Under the pieces are notes generated by a model that saw only the letters and a program-made list of their open reading frames with translations, had not been told where the DNA came from and did not search any database. From contig JAIEPV010000026.1 of the NCBI GenBank assembly GCA_019748215.1, positions 4,732 to 68,731 of the forward strand: a stretch of DNA of 64,000 nt, written 5' to 3'. This DNA is from Hyphomicrobium sp. (lineage in GTDB: Bacteria; Pseudomonadota; Alphaproteobacteria; Rhizobiales; Hyphomicrobiaceae). Both the position numbers and the translations under genes were made by a program. How positions within the stretch are numbered: the first letter of the stretch is position 1; each line of letters starts with the position of its first letter. This document shows positions 9,585-18,791 of the stretch, piece after piece.

Positions 9585-10490
9585 ATGCAGATCTCTCGCC
9601 CCCAACCGCCGGAAGACCCACCGTTTGAGGTTGTTTCTCCTCTGCAGGAGATGGGTGCCTACGAGGCGCTCTGGGAATCCCGCAGCACCAGTTTCAAAAC
9701 CCTGGCCGAAATGTTTCGCAAGGAGCCAACCCGGCTCCCCTCCTCCTTCGTCCCCGAGACACTCGCCAAAAGATGCGGAGACTATGTGCTGGGCCGCATA
9801 CGTGAACTCGGGGTCAAGAGCTTCGGCGTGAAAATCAACGGGAGTAATGAATACCCGGCAAAACTACGCGATGCGCAATTCCCGGTCGAAGTGCTCTATT
9901 ATGCGGGGCTGTGGGATCTGGTGTATTCGCGCTCGGTGGCTGTGGTCGGCACACGTAAGCCCAGCGATCATGGACGAGCACGCGCCCGCAAACTTGCCCG
10001 CGCTTTGGTCGAGGATAATTTTACGGTCGTCTCCGGCTTGGCCGAAGGCATCGATACGGAGGTGCATAATGCGGCGCTCAGTGCAGGGGGACGGACCATC
10101 GCTGTGATCGGCACGCCACTGACGCATGTCTATCCTAAATTCAATAAAGGCCTGCAGGACGAGATCGCCCGCCGGTTTCTGGTCATCAGCCAAGTGCCGC
10201 TCAAACGCTGGGAGCAACAGGATTTTCGCCTCAACCGGTTCTTCTTCCCTGAACGCAACGCCACAATGTCGGCGTTGACGGAAGCCAGCATTATTGTTGA
10301 AGCTTCAGAGACGTCCGGCACATTGATCCAGGCCAAAGCAGCGCTGCATCAGGGTCGGAAGCTTTTCATTCTGGAAAGCAATTTTCACAACCCTGAAATC
10401 TCATGGCCGGCGAAATTTGCCGAGCTCGGCGCCATTCGCGTCAAAGACTACGAGGAGATCAAAGCCCATCTTCCCGCCGCGTCTCAGTAA
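9585..10490 (+). CDS. DprA/Smf (SLOG) family protein, ShosA-like
   Basis: VAVVGTRK, VVSGLAEGIDTEVH, TIAVIGTP, FFPERNATMSALT, IVEASETSGTLIQA motifs. Confidence 0.92.
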   Translation: MQISRPQPPEDPPFEVVSPLQEMGAYEALWESRSTSFKTLAEMFRKEPTRLPSSFVPETLAKRCGDYVLGRIRELGVKSFGVKINGSNEYPAKLRDAQFPVEVLYYAGLWDLVYSRSVAVVGTRKPSDHGRARARKLARALVEDNFTVVSGLAEGIDTEVHNAALSAGGRTIAVIGTPLTHVYPKFNKGLQDEIARRFLVISQVPLKRWEQQDFRLNRFFFPERNATMSALTEASIIVEASETSGTLIQAKAALHQGRKLFILESNFHNPEISWPAKFAELGAIRVKDYEEIKAHLPAASQ

Positions 10491-11130
10491 AATCGATGAC
10501 TTGACGCGGCCGGATCACTACTACCTGCATCCGGAGGATGAGTGCGTCTATTTCAGCGATTATTGCGCGCGGCAAGGTTACCGTTATAGCCCGATGAATC
10601 AGCTGATCTTTAATCTCAAGAAAGGCGTCGATCGGCGCGGCCAGCCCGACTGGGTCCACAAGGAGCGCGCGATCGAAAATGCCGGCACAGCCTTTGCGGC
10701 CGCGCTGCCGGATTGGTTTATCGATCAGGCAACCATGATCGCCATGCCGCCTTCCAAATCCAGAGACGACCTGCGCTATGACGACCGGATGGAGCGCATC
10801 CTGCACCGCTTGCGAGCTATCAAAGCCTGCGATGTTCGAGATCTGTTGATCCAGGACGCATCGCGCGAAATCCCCGCTCATGATGGGGATAGGCCAGGCC
10901 CAGAGGCGCTGGCGCAAGGCTATCGGATTGACGAACGCGCAATCGATCCGACGCCACGCGTGATAGGTCTTTTCGATGATGTTCTCGTAACGGGCTCGAG
11001 CTTCAAAGCCGCGCAATCCGTCCTGCAAACGAACTTTCCAAACATTCGCGTCGTCGGGGTCTACGTGGCGCGGCGTATATTTGCGCCTGAGGATTTTGGC
11101 TTTGAACCGATCCAGAACGACGGTCAATAA
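10417..11130 (+). CDS. Phosphoribosyltransferase-fold protein, ShosT-like; start codon uncertain
   Basis: PRPP-binding loop IGLFDDVLVTGSSF; N-terminal RLSKIDDLTRPDHYYL; overlaps the 3' end of the DprA gene. Confidence 0.85.
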   Translation: MPSSAPFASKTTRRSKPIFPPRLSKIDDLTRPDHYYLHPEDECVYFSDYCARQGYRYSPMNQLIFNLKKGVDRRGQPDWVHKERAIENAGTAFAAALPDWFIDQATMIAMPPSKSRDDLRYDDRMERILHRLRAIKACDVRDLLIQDASREIPAHDGDRPGPEALAQGYRIDERAIDPTPRVIGLFDDVLVTGSSFKAAQSVLQTNFPNIRVVGVYVARRIFAPEDFGFEPIQNDGQ

Positions 11131-11300
11131 TTTCGCCAGACTCAACGTTGATCGGGCAAACATCTTGAGTTTTCCGGTCATCCTATACGTGGGCTTATCT
11201 TTCCTTCCTTCACAGTCACGCGCTTGTCATTCTTTTGACGCCCTGAGCCATTAGACTTTTCTCCGTTTCCAACATCACTTTGGTTCAGGAGGATTTCTCG

Positions 11301-11450
11301 ATGAGCAACAATAAGCCCACCGACCAGCAAATCCGTGACGCCGGCAGCAAGGGCAACCCCTTTTCCACCGCCGGTATGGACGCACGCGAGCGCGAACGCG
11401 TTGATGCGCTCTGGAAGCAGGCCCAGCAGAACGCTGCAAAGAAAAAGTAA
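11301..11450 (+). CDS. Small hypothetical protein (49 aa)
   Basis: Below ORF-track cutoff; AGGAGG RBS; MSNNKPTDQQIRDAGSKGNPFSTAGMDARERERVDALWKQAQQNAAKKK; followed by a hairpin. Confidence 0.7.
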   Translation: MSNNKPTDQQIRDAGSKGNPFSTAGMDARERERVDALWKQAQQNAAKKK

Positions 11451-11465
11451 GCGGTCATAAATATC

Positions 11466-11500
11466 GATCAGCCGGCACCTTCAGCCGGTTGATCTTTCTC
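11466..11500 (+). terminator. Probable terminator hairpin between convergent genes
   Basis: GATCAGCCGG-caccttcag-CCGGTTGATC followed by TTTCTC. Confidence 0.55.
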
Positions 11501-11513
11501 CATCGCCTAGCCG

Positions 11514-12125
11514 CTAATTCAACCATTCCACCCCAGCGCGCTTAAAGCCGCGCGTGATGGTGGCGGGGGAGACCTTATAAAGCTGGGCCACTTCGTTGAT
11601 CGGCACGCCGTGCTGCATGACCGCGCGATGGCCAGCGAGGATCGTGTCTATCGACAACGATGGCGGGCGTCCCAGCGCTTTGCCACGTTGCTTTGCTGCC
11701 GCTAGTCCTAGGATCGTACTCTCGCGGATGATGTCGCGCTGGAATTCGGCGAAGGCGGCGAAGAGGTGATAGACGAGTTTGCCGCCGGGCGTAGTGGTGT
11801 TGATGCCTTCGGCAAGAGAGCAGAAATGAATGCCTTCGTTTCCGAAGCGCACCAGCAGATCAGAGAGGTGCTGCACGGAGCGGCCAAGACGATCGAGCTT
11901 GAGGACGACCAGCGCATCGCCGCGCTTTAATATCTTGAGCGCTTTGTCGAGTCCGGGGCGGCTGGCTTTGCCGCCGCTGATGCCGTGATCTTTGAAGATG
12001 TGATCGCACTTCGCTGCTTTGAGCGCATCTAGCTGCATTCGCAGCTTTTGATCTTGGGTGGAAACCCGCGCGTAGCCTATCCTGCGCCCGGTGACTTCGA
12101 TGCTTGGGAAAAAGAAGGTGGTCAT
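11514..12125 (-). CDS. Serine recombinase (resolvase/invertase family)
   Basis: IGYARVSTQDQ catalytic motif, LVVLKLDRLGRS, AAFAEFQRDIIRE, C-terminal HTH. Confidence 0.95.
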   Translation of the reverse strand: MTTFFFPSIEVTGRRIGYARVSTQDQKLRMQLDALKAAKCDHIFKDHGISGGKASRPGLDKALKILKRGDALVVLKLDRLGRSVQHLSDLLVRFGNEGIHFCSLAEGINTTTPGGKLVYHLFAAFAEFQRDIIRESTILGLAAAKQRGKALGRPPSLSIDTILAGHRAVMQHGVPINEVAQLYKVSPATITRGFKRAGVEWLN

Positions 12126-12272
12126 GACGTCACCTCGCCAAAATCGATCCTTTTTGGTGAGGTGTTACGGGCGCTAGTGCTAGTGCCCCAGATTGGCGGA
12201 TTCCCGCCGGGTTGCCAGTGTCGTGCTCTCATTCTTGTGCTAGTTTTTCCTCCTCTACAATAACGATCGTTT

Positions 12273-12629
12273 ATGTTGAGCAGAAAAGTACCAGCAATAG
12301 CAAGCCTGTGTACCATCGTATGCAGCGCCTCGGCCCTAGCCGAGGGTGGCTTCAAAAGTTCGGAATTTCTGGGGTGGTCAGCCGAAAACCAGCGTGGCTT
12401 CATCTCGACCGCTGCGATTGCAGCAGGGGTCATCGCCAATCTGAACCGCGCAGGCCAAGCCAAGTGTATCGACGACTGGGGGGCTAAATATAGGGAGGGC
12501 GGCTATCAGCCTGTGATCGAGGCAATGAAGAAGCTCCCCGACTTCCACCCCATGGCTGTTACGCTGACAGTTATCGAGAAGGAGTGTGGAGAGTTTAAGT
12601 ATTCTAAGGCAACTGTGGCATCGCCATAG
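12273..12629 (+). CDS. Exported small protein with two Cys in the mature part
   Basis: Signal-peptide-like N-terminus ending ASALA-EG; helical mature domain AKCIDDW...IEKECG. Confidence 0.7.
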   Translation: MLSRKVPAIASLCTIVCSASALAEGGFKSSEFLGWSAENQRGFISTAAIAAGVIANLNRAGQAKCIDDWGAKYREGGYQPVIEAMKKLPDFHPMAVTLTVIEKECGEFKYSKATVASP

Positions 12630-13428
12630 TTGCCGCCAATCCCTGAGGCTCTGGCGTCGCTACAATGCGATCAGCTTCGAAACGCGGCGATGACTGTTCG
12701 AACTTTCGATGCTTTTCTTGTGCGCGTTCCGCCAACTCGCCGGTGCGTTCTTGAATCTCGGGCAGGTCATCACGATCCACGGCGGTTTTATCGTCTGTGG
12801 CACGATTGTGCATATCGCCAACTTCAACGCTCCAGCCGCGAAGCTCGGAGAGATCGCGCTCAATGTCAGTCTTCCATCCGGCCAATTCGTCGTATGGCTT
12901 GAACGCCTTGATCGGCTGCCCCTCGACTGCACTAATATCATCGGCGCTGATCGGCTTGCCGGTTTCGTCACGGTAAGTGCCATCACTATCGATCATGACG
13001 TAGCGGCCATCGCTGAGGCGAGTAGTTGAGCGCAGATAATCGTCGATCTGGTGGCGGGCCTTCTCAAGCGCCTTTTCCCCGACTGCGATGGCGCGGTCGA
13101 TGGCGTTGCCAGCATTCGTAATGGAAGCCATTGCCCGTTCATGGGCTTCGCGGTAGGCGCGGTCATTGGCCAGAAGCCATGTGAGCGTTTTTGTGTGAGT
13201 CTCGCGATCCTTACGACCACGCTCCGCGTGATCGTCGCTCGCAGCGCTACGCCCTCCGAGCGTGAAAAACTCCTGTTCACGCTTTTCCTTGGCCTCGATG
13301 ATGATTTCCTTGTGCTTGAGCTTGACCAGCGCCGGGTCGAGCGGGCCGAACAATACGCCTTTAACAGCTTCGAACGCCGCATCCAGATCAGGGATATTCT
13401 CGATATTTTGTTTCAAAATCTCGTCCAC
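12604..13428 (-). CDS. Hypothetical helical/coiled-coil protein
   Basis: 274-aa ORF, RLSDGRYVMIDSDGTYRDETG beta-hairpin insert within helical repeats. Confidence 0.75.
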   Translation of the reverse strand: MDEILKQNIENIPDLDAAFEAVKGVLFGPLDPALVKLKHKEIIIEAKEKREQEFFTLGGRSAASDDHAERGRKDRETHTKTLTWLLANDRAYREAHERAMASITNAGNAIDRAIAVGEKALEKARHQIDDYLRSTTRLSDGRYVMIDSDGTYRDETGKPISADDISAVEGQPIKAFKPYDELAGWKTDIERDLSELRGWSVEVGDMHNRATDDKTAVDRDDLPEIQERTGELAERAQEKHRKFEQSSPRFEADRIVATPEPQGLAATMAMPQLP

Positions 13429-13531
13429 AGATAATATTATGTCTATAGTTTATAGCAAAACCCTATTTTACGTCAATAAAAACACTCAATGTTTTCTGGA
13501 CTGCATGAAATTCAATCGCTATACTGAGAAT

Positions 13532-13825
13532 ATGAGCAATGCACTTGAAAAGAAGATCGATAAGGTCCTTGATTATCTCGCAGTCATGACCCGCGAGAAC
13601 AATACCCGCTTTGACGCTATCGATAAACGCTTTGACGCTGTCGACGAGGATTTAGCGAATCTCAAAGGCACCACCCGCCGCATAGAGGAGCGCCAAAAGC
13701 ATTTGGAAAAGAGCGTCGAAATCCTCCAGGATGCCGACCGCGCCCGTCAAGATCATATCCTTCAACTAGACATCCGCCTTGGACGCGTTGAGGATAAGCT
13801 TCGATCGTTTCCTGCGCCTCATTAA
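13532..13825 (+). CDS. Coiled-coil hypothetical protein (97 aa)
   Basis: Likely ATG at 13532 within ORF 13262-13825; heptads NTRFDAIDKRFDAVDEDLANLK. Confidence 0.65.
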   Translation: MSNALEKKIDKVLDYLAVMTRENNTRFDAIDKRFDAVDEDLANLKGTTRRIEERQKHLEKSVEILQDADRARQDHILQLDIRLGRVEDKLRSFPAPH

Positions 13826-13892
13826 CGGCCGCGATATCACTCAAGATGAAAATCCCCTGGCCTATTCGCCGCCGCGATATCCATCAAACCTT

Positions 13893-14090
13893 ATGACAGC
13901 CGCAATGGACAACCGCCGCAAACGCTATCTGATCGCCAAGGCTCTGTGGGAGTTTGTTGCTGAGAACCGCAACAAGCCTGTTGAGCAGCAGGCGCCCAAC
14001 GATGCCGACGACATGGAATCCATCCTTGATGCGGATTTTCCGGCAGAGGTGGCAACGCTGATTGCGCTAGAACCATTCAAGAGGCGCTAG
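13893..14090 (+). CDS. Hypothetical protein (about 65 aa)
   Basis: ATG at 13893 within ORF 13779-14090. Confidence 0.45.
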   Translation: MTAAMDNRRKRYLIAKALWEFVAENRNKPVEQQAPNDADDMESILDADFPAEVATLIALEPFKRR

Positions 14091-14170
14091 CCGCGCGCCA
14101 ACGAAATGTTGAGTGCTGTGTCGGCACTGCTTGCCCTACTCTGACAATAAGCAAGGCCTAACCGTTACAT

Positions 14171-14647
14171 TCAAAAACCGGGCAAAAACGGCGTTCCTCC
14201 ATGATCTTCAATTGATTCATTTAGCACATTGAGAAGAGTTTCGTTCGATCTTCCATATACTCTGAGGTATTCATTCCGAATAATTCGGATCAGCTCAGCG
14301 GTCGCTATTTTGCATTTTTCAACGTGCAAATCACCAATGTCTACATTGGTGCCGCCATCGATTTCAAACATAGCCTGGATGTTTCTGACCGGAACAAACA
14401 CCTTGCTCGACAGCTGAACGAGTCCCACCGCATCAGCCACCTCTTCGACCGTGTTGTGAAATCGCGAAACATCATTTTCCCAATAATCAGCCTGGTCGTT
14501 GCGTCGACGTACCTTTACGCAAAGACCATCTTCATCCCAATAAAAATGCGAAATTTCGCTAACTGCTAAAGGATAGACATTCTTTTCGTATGGTTCTTCG
14601 TCCGAAAAATCGTATAAATCGATATAGTGATCTTCTAATTCTGTCAC
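14171..14647 (-). CDS. Hypothetical acidic protein
   Basis: 158-aa ORF in AT-rich segment, GAAGG RBS; weak LytTR-like pattern not relied upon. Confidence 0.65.
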   Translation of the reverse strand: MTELEDHYIDLYDFSDEEPYEKNVYPLAVSEISHFYWDEDGLCVKVRRRNDQADYWENDVSRFHNTVEEVADAVGLVQLSSKVFVPVRNIQAMFEIDGGTNVDIGDLHVEKCKIATAELIRIIRNEYLRVYGRSNETLLNVLNESIEDHGGTPFLPGF

Positions 14648-14972
14648 GCCTTCTACTCTTACCCTTTCTCTTGGGGAATATTTTAAACATTATTTCAATT
14701 TTTTATATTATCGCAAATATAAGTTTTATGCGAATATATAATGCATATTTTGTCATTTCCTTTGTTGCCGCAGTGTCGGCCACTACGGTCCTCGTCATTT
14801 GAACCAGTGGCTACGGCTGGTTTGCTTATTGGAAACCAATCACTGGCGGCCAAGACTGAAATCAGTGGCAACGTATGCCGTTATGCGTCTTACAATCACG
14901 ACCCAGAGGGTGAGACGAGAGATGATGCCAGGGCCCAACGCGCACTCACAGATCCAGACAAGGCTTGCCGGT

Positions 14973-15401
14973 TTATTCGCGAAACCGTACGCGATCATCG
15001 GGGTACATGGCTTCGAACAACAGGCGCTGCGCCTCGCGATCGCGACGAACTTCCGCGTGATCGATCGGGAGCATGCCCTTATTGTCCCGGATCCAGGTGT
15101 CTGCATTAGGCGAGCCCTGCCCGTCCATCACCTGAGCATGCAGATTCTGAAACGGCGATAGACCCGAAGCATAGCCGGACCGCTTCTTTCGCAGCGCCTC
15201 CTTCAAAAACCGGACGCTGCCGTTGACCGCTGCGGTGTGCAGCGGCGTAAACCCATTCAATGGCCGTTTTTCATTCAGCGAATGGCCCTTTGCCAGCGCC
15301 ACCTTCATCAACCCGACATCATCGAGCCGCGCCGCTTCGAAAAGCGGGTTGCCCAGCAGAGACTTAATACGGCTCTCGATTTCCGCCTTGCTCAAGCCCA
15401 T
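14973..15401 (-). CDS. Ankyrin-repeat protein
   Basis: NGFTPLHTAAVNGSVRFLKEAL and ADTWIRDNKGMLPIDHA ankyrin motifs. Confidence 0.85.
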   Translation of the reverse strand: MGLSKAEIESRIKSLLGNPLFEAARLDDVGLMKVALAKGHSLNEKRPLNGFTPLHTAAVNGSVRFLKEALRKKRSGYASGLSPFQNLHAQVMDGQGSPNADTWIRDNKGMLPIDHAEVRRDREAQRLLFEAMYPDDRVRFRE

Positions 15402-16471
15402 GGCCGATACCTGAAAAATAGGCCCGACTCGCCATCGGGCAGATATTTTTTGCGATCCACCCGCCGAAGACTGAGGGGCGCTTTATCCGTCTCGGCGTCT
15501 CCTCCAGCCGCAAGACCGAAAACCGGTTTGATCAAATCCAGGCCATCACCCGAACCAATCCCCAGCTGCAACTCGTCCTCCCGAAAGGTCGCAAAGACTT
15601 CCAAAGTCGTCCCCTCACATAGAACTCTGACCCCGTCATCCGCGGGGGTTGCGCCGGTATCCCTGATCAGAACCAGTTTCCCCACCAAGACCACATCATC
15701 CATCATCCCCAATCCCAGCACCGTTTCGCACAACAGGAAGCCGGAGAAAACCGGAACGTAAACGGGCGGATGGCCCTCGGAATTTGAGCGGATCAGGACA
15801 ATCTCAACCGGCGTGATATGGCTGAGGTAATCGCGCAGCAGCAGCAGGCAGACGCCCTTTTGTCCGGCGGGCATCTCGAGCAATTCCGCGTCGAGTTCAA
15901 AGCAGCCGTAAGACACCAGACTTTCGATCAGGGGCATGTTTACTGCGCGGAGGATCTCGGCTTCTCCCGCGTAGGGAACCGGCCGGTAAAACACATGTAA
16001 CGCTTCCCGGATATATTCCAGCTGCGCCTCATCCAGCGCGCACTCGATCGCGTCAATCTCTCCTGTGATCCGCAACTGACGGACAAAACGCTCGATATAC
16101 TGGAATTTGATATCGCTCGGCAGATGGGATTTTTTCCGGTGATACCATCCCTTGAAATCCTCAAGACTGACAAGCTCGGAGCGAGGCCTGTCCTTCTGGA
16201 TATCGGTCCCATCCCGACGGCCCCGCTCTTTGGCGAGACGCTGGTCTTCCGGAGACATGACGAGATCGCGCATCGCCTGCCACCCCACCGGCTTGCCGTT
16301 GCGCTCAGCAAGCGCAATGCGGTAACGCCCCAATACATCCATGTAGTGGCGCTTAAAGGCGTCCGGATAATACAGAACTCTGCGCTTATCTTCGGACGTT
16401 CGCCCTGGGACACGCGTGGGACCCAACAAAGCCTGCAGATTTTTCAGCGCATTGCCGCGTTCTTCGGCCAT
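15392..16471 (-). CDS. Hypothetical protein (359 aa), translationally coupled to the ankyrin gene
   Basis: Long ORF overlapping the ankyrin start by 10 nt; no recognised family. Confidence 0.75.
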   Translation of the reverse strand: MAEERGNALKNLQALLGPTRVPGRTSEDKRRVLYYPDAFKRHYMDVLGRYRIALAERNGKPVGWQAMRDLVMSPEDQRLAKERGRRDGTDIQKDRPRSELVSLEDFKGWYHRKKSHLPSDIKFQYIERFVRQLRITGEIDAIECALDEAQLEYIREALHVFYRPVPYAGEAEILRAVNMPLIESLVSYGCFELDAELLEMPAGQKGVCLLLLRDYLSHITPVEIVLIRSNSEGHPPVYVPVFSGFLLCETVLGLGMMDDVVLVGKLVLIRDTGATPADDGVRVLCEGTTLEVFATFREDELQLGIGSGDGLDLIKPVFGLAAGGDAETDKAPLSLRRVDRKKYLPDGESGLFFRYRPWA

Positions 16472-16827
16472 CAGTCAGCCCCCGCCCTCGTTACAATAAT
16501 CCCTTAGCCACGCCGATCTCTTTTAGGAATTACCCTCGCGCCCTGCATACTCAAAACCGTGGGTAGCCTGACCCTTACCGCACCTATCATTCAAAATCAT
16601 GTCTGTTGGAACGACCCGCCGCCTGAAGGCCGGGAGTCCACCATCATTGCCCGGCCCCGGCATTCCGGACCCTTTCTGGCTCAATGCAAACACCGCACCT
16701 CGATATCCAGATCCAAAGGGCGCTAGGCGTCATACGGGGGTATGCTGGCTTCCTATCGGCTTTGTCATTGTATAAATCTGGTTGATAAAACTATTATTTA
16801 GATAATCGAATATATATTATGTGATGA

Positions 16828-17217
16828 ATGAAGAGTGACTTAAGACATCTGGATATTATAATCGGTCGCAATCTCAAGCAATTGCGCCTATCCAAAGGCA
16901 TGACCCAATCGAATCTAGCGGAGGCGCTAGGTCTCACATTTCAACAAGTGCAAAAATACGAAACAGGCGCAAACCGCATCAGCGGATCCCGGCTACTCGA
17001 GATTGCCAGAATCCTGCAAGCTGACCTCGCAACCGTAATGCCCATGAACGGACACACAGAGAGCGCGCCGCAAAGCGTTGTCAGTCATGACACGTCCCGG
17101 CTCCTGAGGTCATTTGAGACCATTACCGACCCCAAGCTTCGTCACGCGATCCTCCGTCTTGTGCAGAACATAGCGCGGGTTGAAACCCAAACGCAGAACG
17201 AACGCGACGGGCAATAA
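16828..17217 (+). CDS. XRE-family transcriptional regulator
   Basis: IGRNLKQLRLSKGMTQSNLAEALGLTFQQVQKYETGANRISGSRL, typical alphaproteobacterial HTH_3. Confidence 0.93.
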   Translation: MKSDLRHLDIIIGRNLKQLRLSKGMTQSNLAEALGLTFQQVQKYETGANRISGSRLLEIARILQADLATVMPMNGHTESAPQSVVSHDTSRLLRSFETITDPKLRHAILRLVQNIARVETQTQNERDGQ

Positions 17218-17234
17218 TCCCCAACAGCGCTGAT

Positions 17235-17906
17235 TCAATCAATGTCCTGCTCATTCTTGCGCTCCATGGATCGTGCCTTCGCATAATGCGTTACAGGTCT
17301 TTCGGCCATCCGCGGTTCATGGTTCAACGACCGGGCCATCTCGGCGGCTATTCTTTGCCGCGCGCTACGAAGCAAAGCGCTCTCAAAGTTTGTTGTATCG
17401 TTGCTGAGTTCGGCTTTATCGGTCTCTTGCCATGGTGGCCGCGACAAAAACTCTAAAACATCCTGATGCGGCTCACAGAGCCATTCCCGATATCGCCGTT
17501 GGCGAGATGCTAGTTCGTCCCGCTCCTGCTTTTGGTTTAAAGCCAGCGCGTTCTGGCGAATCTCCGAAGACAACAACCCCTCCCGTACATGACGCATCGC
17601 CGCCGCAAAACTTTCGGTCGGGATCGTACTGGCGAGATTGACAATCCGCCCGGTCACACCGCCTTCTCGCCCATCAAACGCTTCCTTTTGGGCGCGATGC
17701 CGTCGATCCAGCGCCTCCCACTGGCCCGCATAGGCCGTCATCGCCTGTCCATACGAAGCCAAAATTTCTCTCTGAACCATCCATCTCAGAGCATCCAGTT
17801 TCTTATTATAGTCCGCGTCCGCCAAGGCCTGGCCGCGCAGATTATCCAACGCATCCAATGCCGCCTGAACGCCTTGGTTATGCAAACGAAGGTTCGGCGT
17901 CTTCAT
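17235..17906 (-). CDS. Stand-alone paralogue of the relaxase C-terminal helical domain
   Basis: 12/34 ungapped identities to relaxase 6415-7812 (QWEALDRRHRAQKEAFDGREGGVTGRIVNLASTI vs QWKALKHREAAERARFAASEQSALGRFSNVFRTL); own GGAGA RBS; no HUH motif. Confidence 0.65.
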   Translation of the reverse strand: MKTPNLRLHNQGVQAALDALDNLRGQALADADYNKKLDALRWMVQREILASYGQAMTAYAGQWEALDRRHRAQKEAFDGREGGVTGRIVNLASTIPTESFAAAMRHVREGLLSSEIRQNALALNQKQERDELASRQRRYREWLCEPHQDVLEFLSRPPWQETDKAELSNDTTNFESALLRSARQRIAAEMARSLNHEPRMAERPVTHYAKARSMERKNEQDID

Positions 17907-17949
17907 CCTGGTACGGTCTCCCTGCTTCTGATTTCCTCCGCCGCGCTGA

Positions 17950-18288
17950 TCAATGGATCGTCACATCCTCAAGGTCGACATCATCATTGGTGTAAAAGTT
18001 GATCATGCGATCCAGCACATGCCGGTGCGCCCGCCCTTCTCGCGCGAGCTCGCCCAGCAGCGCATCATAATGGGCAGCGATGACTGCGCGGTTGGGATGT
18101 GACCGGACGTCCTCAAAAGCGGCATCGAACGCAGCCAGCGCCCGTTCCTTCATCCCGTCTATAGCCTGGGCGCGCGGCGCCCAATGATCGACAAAAGCCT
18201 GGACCGCAGCGCTTAGCCTTTCGATCCGCTCATCCGTCTCGTCGTATCGAGCGATCTTGCTGTCAAAAACCAATGTCATTGCAAACAT
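17950..18288 (-). CDS. Hypothetical protein (112 aa)
   Basis: Helical ORF co-oriented with 17235-17906. Confidence 0.6.
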   Translation of the reverse strand: MFAMTLVFDSKIARYDETDERIERLSAAVQAFVDHWAPRAQAIDGMKERALAAFDAAFEDVRSHPNRAVIAAHYDALLGELAREGRAHRHVLDRMINFYTNDDVDLEDVTIH

Positions 18289-18460
18289 CCAGCACCAAAA
18301 GCCTCTCTCAAGCTTTGGAGCTGGTGCATGCGATGGCCGGTTAAAGTGACGAGGGAGGCGATTTTTCTAACGCGAGAAGTGAATTTATTGTCGCTCTCGC
18401 TTAATCGACTTTCGCCGCTTCGCAATCTCTCCTTCAGGCGCCGCTTGACGTGAGAGTGCG

Positions 18461-18697
18461 ATGGAACGACGGCTGGACATTCAGGAACTCATCAGGCTGC
18501 GCCGCTTCGCGGCTTTCATGATCCTGCAATACGGCCCGGAATTTGGCTTTGTCCTCGATCGCTTAGAATGCATGATTGAAACGGCGCAAAAGGATGATCC
18601 AACAGTAAAGGCCTTGCGCATCATGGCCGAACTCAATGACGTCACACCGCTACAAAGTGAAAAGCGGCTTATGCTGATAGCCGACCATAAAACATAA
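18461..18697 (+). CDS. Hypothetical protein (78 aa)
   Basis: ATG ORF with GAGAG upstream; plausible helical protein. Confidence 0.55.
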   Translation: MERRLDIQELIRLRRFAAFMILQYGPEFGFVLDRLECMIETAQKDDPTVKALRIMAELNDVTPLQSEKRLMLIADHKT

Positions 18698-18791
18698 CTG
18701 ACTTCTTCCACGTTAGCGGATGACGGCAACACGCATCTGATGTCAAATCTAACGCGAAAGACTACCGGAAAGTGGGAGGTAAGACGCGGCT

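Noticed and set aside
14171-14647. LytTR DNA-binding domain assignment
   Set aside because: Only loose spacing similarity; the hallmark F.R.HRS motif is absent
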